From an uncultured Pseudomonadales bacterium (lineage in GTDB: Bacteria; Patescibacteriota; Microgenomatia; UBA1400; Chazhemtobacteraceae), in NCBI GenBank assembly GCA_964422035.1, contig CAYQZQ010000001.1, forward strand, positions 377,013 through 441,012: DNA of 64,000 nucleotides, written 5' to 3'. The position numbers were made by a program, and so were the translations under genes. A model generated the notes under the pieces. That model was not told the DNA's origin. It worked only from the letters and a program-made list of their open reading frames with translations, and searched no databases. How positions within the stretch are numbered: the stretch's first letter is position 1; every line of letters starts with the position of its first letter. Shown here piece after piece: positions 55,628 to 64,000 of this stretch.

Positions 55628-56113
55628 TTAAATCCCTTGTCGATCTGAAAATTGATAGAAAATGCTAGTTTGATGAGGTATTGAACTTTGAATGTCGCTG
55701 ACCAAATCTTCTGGTAGGGTGGGATAGATTCTGCGACCATGAAAATGCATGGCAAGAACATCAAGATCATCAGTTGCATCAAATATCTGTTCGGTGACTA
55801 AATTATGATTGCGACTATTTCCGTATAAGCCAACCATAGCTACATAGTTGGTGGCTGTGGCAACATCGAGCTTGTGAAGGTCTGAATACAGTTGATCGAT
55901 TCTATCTTTAGTTGATGAACTAAATGGTTTCTCCTTAAGTTTTTTAATATCAGCCGTTAGGGCTTCTAGCTGTATTGTAGTGATATTTAAGGGTCGGACA
56001 GAGAGGTAACGGTATTTACCAGAAACTTTGTCCTTGACGGCTTGCACAAAGTTGTCACAATGCCGTTCAAACTCAGGAGGAGCTACAATGGTTTCGAAAT
56101 TAAACTCTTTCAT
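55628..56113 (-). CDS. hypothetical protein, tandem paralog A (161 aa)
   Basis: See paralog B. It lies immediately downstream of secA. Confidence 0.5.
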   Translation of the reverse strand: MKEFNFETIVAPPEFERHCDNFVQAVKDKVSGKYRYLSVRPLNITTIQLEALTADIKKLKEKPFSSSTKDRIDQLYSDLHKLDVATATNYVAMVGLYGNSRNHNLVTEQIFDATDDLDVLAMHFHGRRIYPTLPEDLVSDIQSSIPHQTSIFYQFSDRQGI

Positions 56114-56151
56114 GAGAGGTATTTTAGCAGAAGTATAAGTTATAGGCCAAG

Positions 56152-58875
<2,724 letters not shown>

Positions 58876-58915
58876 CTTCTATATTGTATCGCGATTGACA
58901 GTAAACCTAAAGCTA

Positions 58916-59548
58916 TCAGAGGCCCAGAAGAAGATTGGAGGTGGTTCTGGTTGAAGAGACTGAGAAGTCTTTTTCAAGTTTTTGTTTGAAATTTAAGGCA
59001 GGTTCTTGGTACTTGCCCCAAAAAATACGATTGATTAAAACGTGAGAACAGTTATTTTTAAGTTTTTTATAAAAATCAATTGTTTCCAAAGCTGAAGGAA
59101 ACTGATCACCTAGATAGCAGTCGACCAGACAGAGATCAAAATCCTTATCAAGATTGTTTACGTAATCAATGGCGTCTTGATTGACTATGTTAAGTTTAGG
59201 AGAAGGCTTTACCTTAAAATGTTTTTTGGCAATTTTAATAATTAAGGGATCAATTTCCACAGCGGTAACTTTTACCTGAGGCCAGTTTTTATTGATTGGT
59301 TTTAGAACAGAGCCGCCGGCTAAGCCTAAAACCAGAATGTTTTGGGGCTGAAAATCTGAAGGCAGAAGATCTTTGAAAGCTTTGGACCAGATCTTTTCTA
59401 TGACGGTACCTGATTGAGTTAGATCGTTGATATCAAGTCTTAGGGAGCCTGAGAAAGTAACTACCTCTATTTTTTCATTAAAAGGTGAGGAGAAAGTCTT
59501 GACTGTTTTGGGATTTAAGTATTGGCCGACATCACTTAGTTTTGGCAT
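58916..59548 (-). CDS. spermidine-synthase-like class I methyltransferase-fold protein
   Basis: 'ILVLGLAGGSVLK...VTAVEIDPLIIKIAKKHF...DLCLVDCY' parallels the spermidine synthase 'GGGDGG...VEID..V....K.YF...D.IIVDS' pattern. Confidence 0.55.
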   Translation of the reverse strand: MPKLSDVGQYLNPKTVKTFSSPFNEKIEVVTFSGSLRLDINDLTQSGTVIEKIWSKAFKDLLPSDFQPQNILVLGLAGGSVLKPINKNWPQVKVTAVEIDPLIIKIAKKHFKVKPSPKLNIVNQDAIDYVNNLDKDFDLCLVDCYLGDQFPSALETIDFYKKLKNNCSHVLINRIFWGKYQEPALNFKQKLEKDFSVSSTRTTSNLLLGL

Positions 59549-59569
59549 ATATAGTCGTTTAATTTATTT

Positions 59570-60613
59570 TTACTTAGTTTGACTGCGAATGTAATCAGCC
59601 AGCTCTTGCCATTGGTTGTAGCGCTCTTTTAAATCAAAACGGGTTAAATTAATGGGAACCAGATTGTGCTCTATATAAGCTGCATCCAAAAGTGCTGCAG
59701 CAGCCAGGTCTCTTTCGGGGATTGAGTCAGCACCGCTTAAGATAACCACCACAGGGATGTCTTGTCTGGTAGCGGTAGCCACTAGAGAGTAGCCGGCGTT
59801 TTCAGTGTAGGCAATTTTTAAACCATCGACGCCTTTATACAAGCCAAGCAGAGTATTCCAGTTGGGCAAGTAGTGGTTGGGGTTGGTGTCTGTTGGGTGA
59901 ATGTCTTCCCGATCGGAAGCTCCGGCTTGAACAAGTAAGGGATAGTTTTGTTTGAGATTGTAAACAGCTTTGGCGATATCAGACAAAGTTGAGTATTGCT
60001 GGGGATGATCGTAGCCTTCGGGGTTGGCAAAGTGAGAGTCAGCCATATTCAAAAGTTGAGCTTTTTTATTAATTAAACTGATGAAAAATGGGGTTTCCTG
60101 GCCGTAAACACGAGCAGTACCTTGAGCTATAGTGGCGGCGGCGTCATTAGCTGAAGTGGCGATGGCAGCCCGGAGTAGATCTTTTAAGGGCAGGGTCTCG
60201 CCTACTTGAAGCTCCATGATGGTGGGTTCTTTATCTATTGAGGTGAAGGTAGCTGTTATCAGCTGATCTGGATCAGCAATATCCAGAGCCACTTGTGCAG
60301 TTAAAAGCTTGGTAAAGGAAGCAGGAGAAATTTTCTGATGAGGATTTTTGGAAAGATAAACCTTTTTTATTTGTGGATTGTAGACAAGGTATGAGATGGA
60401 GTCTGAGAGAGAGGTAAGTCGTTGCGCTTGCGAGTAATCAAGGGATGGTAGAAGAGAGATGTTTTTATTAAGCTTGTTGTCCAAATTAGGAGCTGAAGAT
60501 GACAACTGGAGCGGATTGATCAGCTGAGAAGGTGAGTATAAGTAAAGCTGCCAACCAAAAAAAGCTGCCACTGCAAATATGGGAATTGCCCACCAAATAG
60601 TTTTAGTCTTCAC
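59570..60613 (-). CDS. D-alanyl-D-alanine carboxypeptidase (S11, PBP5-like)
   Basis: SxxK 'SPASFTKLLTA' and SxN 'ATSANDAA'. N-terminal TM/signal segment. Confidence 0.8.
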   Translation of the reverse strand: MKTKTIWWAIPIFAVAAFFGWQLYLYSPSQLINPLQLSSSAPNLDNKLNKNISLLPSLDYSQAQRLTSLSDSISYLVYNPQIKKVYLSKNPHQKISPASFTKLLTAQVALDIADPDQLITATFTSIDKEPTIMELQVGETLPLKDLLRAAIATSANDAAATIAQGTARVYGQETPFFISLINKKAQLLNMADSHFANPEGYDHPQQYSTLSDIAKAVYNLKQNYPLLVQAGASDREDIHPTDTNPNHYLPNWNTLLGLYKGVDGLKIAYTENAGYSLVATATRQDIPVVVILSGADSIPERDLAAAALLDAAYIEHNLVPINLTRFDLKERYNQWQELADYIRSQTK

Positions 60614-61886
60614 TTGGTCTTAAAACTAGACTGCCAACATAAGGCTTGAGAACCTTGGGAAGATTGACTGAGCCGTCTTTCTTTTGGAAGTTTTCTAGTA
60701 GAGCAATGATTGTGCGGGCTGAGGTGAGAGCAGTATTGTTTAGAGTATGAGCAAACTGAAGTTCCTGATTGTGATCACGATAACGGATATTGGCTCTTCT
60801 GGCTTGAAAATCATGCAGGATTGAATCTGAACCAGCTTCTCCGTACTCTTGTCTACCGGGCATCCAGGTTTCTAAGTCGTATTTTTTGGCTTGGGGTTGA
60901 CCCATTTCTCCGGTTGACATAAGGACAACTTGGTAGGGAATTTTAAGCTTTCGATGAATATTTTCGGTCATTTTAATTAGTTTTTCATGCCAGGTCTGGG
61001 AAGCTTGAGGATCGTTGTGACAGAAAACTACTTGTTCAACTTTTAAGAATTCATGAACTCTATAGATACCGCGAGTATCTTTGCCGTAGCTACCCACTTC
61101 GCGTCTATAGCAGGGGGAAAAGCCAACCATGGTGATAGGCAAGTCTGCACGGGTAATAACTTCATTGGCGTAGTAAGAAACTAGTGGGACCTCTGAAGTG
61201 CCAGATAGAAAGTAGTCATTTTGAGGATCATTTTCATCTTCTTGTAGACGATAAGCCTCTGACTCACCCCATGGGAAGTGTCCAGAGTTAACAAAAGCGC
61301 GGCGGCGATTGATAACAGGTGGAATGAAAGGAGTGAAACCCTGATCGATCATTTCATCTAGGGCAAACTGCATTAAACCTAAAGCTAGTTTTACACCCTG
61401 GTTAGTCAGAAAATAACCACGGGCTCCGGCAACTTTGGTACCTCTTTTGAGATCAAAAAGCTTTAGTGATCGGCCAAGCTCAAGATGGTCTTTAATATCA
61501 AAATTAAATTTTGGTTTGTCACCCCAGGTTCTGACTATCTTGTTGGCTGATTGATCTCCCACGGGAACATCATCGGCGGGAATGTTGGGCACTTGAAACA
61601 TTAAATTGTTGTAGTCGTCCTGGATTTTTTTAAGTTGAGGTTCCAGATCTTGAAGGCTGGACTTTAATTGGCGGGCTTTATCTAAAAGTTTTTCGCTTTG
61701 ATCAGATTTTAGTTTGTCGTTAAGATCGTTTCTTTCTTCTCTTAGGGGTTGAATCTGTTGGATAAAATGACGTCTTTTTTTGTCTATATCAATTAGGTTG
61801 TCAATCAGTTGAGGATTGATGCCTTTGTCAACACAAGCTTTTTTTACTTGTTTGGAGTTTTGACGAATAAATTCAATATCTAGCAT
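60603..61886 (-). CDS. serS: seryl-tRNA synthetase
   Basis: N-terminal coiled-coil tRNA-binding arm. Class II motifs 'FSPCYRRE' and 'GEAGSDSI'. 427 aa. Confidence 0.93.
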   Translation of the reverse strand: MLDIEFIRQNSKQVKKACVDKGINPQLIDNLIDIDKKRRHFIQQIQPLREERNDLNDKLKSDQSEKLLDKARQLKSSLQDLEPQLKKIQDDYNNLMFQVPNIPADDVPVGDQSANKIVRTWGDKPKFNFDIKDHLELGRSLKLFDLKRGTKVAGARGYFLTNQGVKLALGLMQFALDEMIDQGFTPFIPPVINRRRAFVNSGHFPWGESEAYRLQEDENDPQNDYFLSGTSEVPLVSYYANEVITRADLPITMVGFSPCYRREVGSYGKDTRGIYRVHEFLKVEQVVFCHNDPQASQTWHEKLIKMTENIHRKLKIPYQVVLMSTGEMGQPQAKKYDLETWMPGRQEYGEAGSDSILHDFQARRANIRYRDHNQELQFAHTLNNTALTSARTIIALLENFQKKDGSVNLPKVLKPYVGSLVLRPSED

Positions 61887-61901
61887 ATTACTAGGATATC
61901 A

Positions 61902-62480
61902 TTACAGACCAAGGTCGTCACTTATTGACTGGAGAGAACTGAGACAAATATCAACAAGTTCATCTATAGATATACCTAGTTTTTGAGGAGATAGCTCTGC
62001 AGGTTCCCGGCTGGCACCTGAAGCGAATGATTTTTCATCCCATTTTTTAAGAACTGAGTTGACAGAAACAGAGGAAAGTTTTTTATCAGGACGGACTAAA
62101 GCGACGGCGATGATAAGACCGGAGAGATCATCAGAGCAATATAAAGACCAGTCAAGTCTTGAATCTGGCTGGGGAGCATCGTCTTGGTGCTGCCAGGCGT
62201 GAGAGCGGATAGCTTGAATTATCCTCTCATCGACATTGCGCTTTTCAAGTTCTTGAATGATGTCTGAAGGGTGTTTTTGAGGTTGATCTTGATATTTTTG
62301 ATAGTCTGCATCGTGAAGCAAGCCAACTAAACCCCATAAATCTGCATCAGCATCAAAGTGATCAGCCAGAGCTCTCATTTGAGCTTCAACCGCCAGCATG
62401 TGCTTAACTAAATTGGGATTTTCTGTCCAGGATTTGACTAAATTTATAGCTTGTGAGCGAGTGATGCCGTAGCTGGACAT
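61902..62480 (-). CDS. HD-domain phosphohydrolase
   Basis: 'HMLAVEAQMRALA...GLLHDADY' H...HD motif. Confidence 0.65.
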   Translation of the reverse strand: MSSYGITRSQAINLVKSWTENPNLVKHMLAVEAQMRALADHFDADADLWGLVGLLHDADYQKYQDQPQKHPSDIIQELEKRNVDERIIQAIRSHAWQHQDDAPQPDSRLDWSLYCSDDLSGLIIAVALVRPDKKLSSVSVNSVLKKWDEKSFASGASREPAELSPQKLGISIDELVDICLSSLQSISDDLGL

Positions 62481-62483
62481 AAA

Positions 62484-62954
62484 TTATTTTACTTCTTTTA
62501 CAGTGTAGGTGATTTTACCGGCAGGAGCCTGTACTTCAACTTGCTCATCTACCTTTTTACCAACTAAGGCTTGGCCAATAGGAGATTCATGACTGATTTT
62601 TTGTTTTTGCGGATCAGCTTCCCATTCACCAACGATGTGATACTCAACTTCATTACCTTGTTGATTAACTAAGACTACTTGATTACCAAGACTGACGCTG
62701 TCACCGTTGCTTTGTTCAATTACTTCAACACGAGACAAAATGGCTTCCAATTCTTCAATTCTTCCTTGAATCCAGGAGTGATCTTCGCGAGCAGCATGGT
62801 ATTCAGCGTTTTCCGCTAGATCACCTAATTCGCGAGCAGTAGCTACGCGCTTGATAACTGCAGGAAGTTTGTCTTGCAGTTTTTTAAGCTCACTCTTAAG
62901 CTCTTGAAGGCCTTCAGGAGTGAATTTAATAGTTTCTTGTTTTTGTTGATTCAT
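62484..62954 (-). CDS. greA: transcription elongation factor GreA
   Basis: 'ATARELGDLAENAEYHAAREDHSWIQGRIEELEAIL' coiled-coil finger and FKBP-like C-terminal domain. 156 aa. Confidence 0.9.
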   Translation of the reverse strand: MNQQKQETIKFTPEGLQELKSELKKLQDKLPAVIKRVATARELGDLAENAEYHAAREDHSWIQGRIEELEAILSRVEVIEQSNGDSVSLGNQVVLVNQQGNEVEYHIVGEWEADPQKQKISHESPIGQALVGKKVDEQVEVQAPAGKITYTVKEVK

Positions 62955-63212
62955 ATAATAATAGTACTAATTTTGTCTTAGTTTGACAAGACTATGTGTT
63001 TTGTAGTCAGCGGTACCTGCCTTTGGGCACTTAAGCTGAAAATGAGTGTTTATAAGCTTGAAGTTCTTACCTTGTGCAAGTATTTCGACTACGAGCAATA
63101 TTTTAAATCAAGGGTGAATGGGTGTCAAGCCATGAATAGGTTTATACATCAGTTAAATCCTATATTCTTAGCCTGAAAAAGGCGGGTGTTTTACGTGGAA
63201 TATAAGGCAAAA

Positions 63213-64000
63213 CTAGCTTTTTTTAAGCAAAAGATTTATTTGGCCTAAAACAGATTGACCATATGTATTAAGTATTTTTTGGCCCTGGCTTAGGTCGTTG
63301 TTTAAGATAAAGTGGCTTTGTGAGGCGGCGAGACTAATTTCTTTGGCGGCTTTATAGATTCTGGTATCAAGATTGTCTCTTTGTTTGGGTAGCCAGTCCT
63401 GGGTGTATTGAGTGAATGACAACTTAGGTAAGACAAAGACTTTGAAAACAAAAGGGTTTGCGGGATGACTTTGGGCGTATCTGGACACCGCAGGCCAACC
63501 GCTCTCTATATCTACTTGAGAACAGATGACTGGATCAGGGCGCTGAAGAGCTTGGTCAAGGCTTTTCTTGGGCAGGCCATAGTAGCGGGGATTTTGATCA
63601 TCTCCCTGATTTATGTGTTCTATAAACAAGTCTTTTTTAACATCTTCCAGAAACTTTTGGTGAGTGTCGTAAAAGTAGTAGTCAACTTCGTCTTTCTCCC
63701 CTCCTCTGGGCGGGCGAGAAGTGGCTGTAACGGGTTTATAGATAGGCTGAGAAGAATGACTAGTTATTCTTTCTCTAATGGCATCTTTGCCACTGGCGGC
63801 TATACCTGAAAGAAGAAAGATTATCTTGTCTTGATTGTTTTTTTGAAGATTTAAAGCAGCATTGATGGGCTTAGTTGTCCAAAGATCAATTTCTTTTTCC
63901 AGTTTGAACTTTTGGTAAGAGGGAAAAATCTCTGATAATCCTTGTGGTGTTAGTTGAGGATTATGCTCTAAAAGAAGATCGACAAGATAAGGATTAGTCT
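63213..64000 (-). CDS. guanylate-kinase-like protein with N-terminal extension (5' end outside window)
   Basis: Hand translation of the minus strand beyond the annotated TTG at 63629 continues the frame to the window edge. It gives 'IIFLLSGIAASGKDAI' (P-loop-like), 'VTATSRPPRGGEKDEVDYYFY' (compare GMK 'TTRPPRPGEVDGVDYFF'), 'FIEHINQGDDQNPRYYGLP' and 'VDIESGWPAV'. Confidence 0.6.
   Translation of the reverse strand, partial: TNPYLVDLLLEHNPQLTPQGLSEIFPSYQKFKLEKEIDLWTTKPINAALNLQKNNQDKIIFLLSGIAASGKDAIRERITSHSSQPIYKPVTATSRPPRGGEKDEVDYYFYDTHQKFLEDVKKDLFIEHINQGDDQNPRYYGLPKKSLDQALQRPDPVICSQVDIESGWPAVSRYAQSHPANPFVFKVFVLPKLSFTQYTQDWLPKQRDNLDTRIYKAAKEISLAASQSHFILNNDLSQGQKILNTYGQSVLGQINLLLKKS

Overview
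The window looks like a low-GC, gene-dense bacterial chromosome segment, probably from a Candidate Phyla Radiation (Patescibacteria)-type organism; this is inference from reduced housekeeping genes, a short TsaB, an rRNA gene interrupted by homing-endonuclease introns and huge PT-linker surface proteins. Most genes lie on the minus strand. Layout from low to high coordinates: 1) trmD 3' end, a SurA-like chaperone and a CAP-domain secreted protein (0-2.7 kb). 2) A minus-strand surface-protein operon (2.7-16.6 kb): PglC-like phosphoglycosyl transferase, sortase, a 2316-aa Cna-B/DUF11/Ig-like adhesin, a second ~1400-aa beta-helix/Ig-like adhesin that is split by a frameshift, and a YidC-like insertase. 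Both adhesins end in an unusual shared C-terminal '[LF]LA[QR]YWW'-transmembrane motif instead of LPXTG. 3) A ~15-kb glycan-assembly locus (16-31.5 kb, plus galE at 35.2 kb). It holds an ABC-2 exporter pair, two paralogous TylF/CmcI-like methyltransferases flanking a fold-type-III PLP decarboxylase, two Wzy_C (O-antigen-ligase/PglL-like) membrane proteins, GT2/GT4 glycosyltransferases, a split Alg13/Alg14-type transferase and GDP-fucose synthase. 4) tRNA-Ile and a 16S rRNA gene (31.8-35.0 kb, minus strand), not followed by 23S. The 16S carries two LAGLIDADG-endonuclease introns and one ORF-less ~255-nt insertion. 5) Housekeeping genes: tsaB/tsaE, an FtsE-FtsX-EnvC-like M23 peptidase cluster in which the M23 domain appears circularly permuted, prfB, a MacAB-like efflux system, nfo, cyclophilin, a Y-family polymerase, secA followed by two tandem unknown paralogs, dacA-like, serS, greA and a gmk-like partial gene. 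The most interesting candidates for undescribed biology are the sortase-adhesin operon with its non-canonical sorting signal, coupled to the adjacent glycosylation locus. No CRISPR array or obvious transposon was seen.
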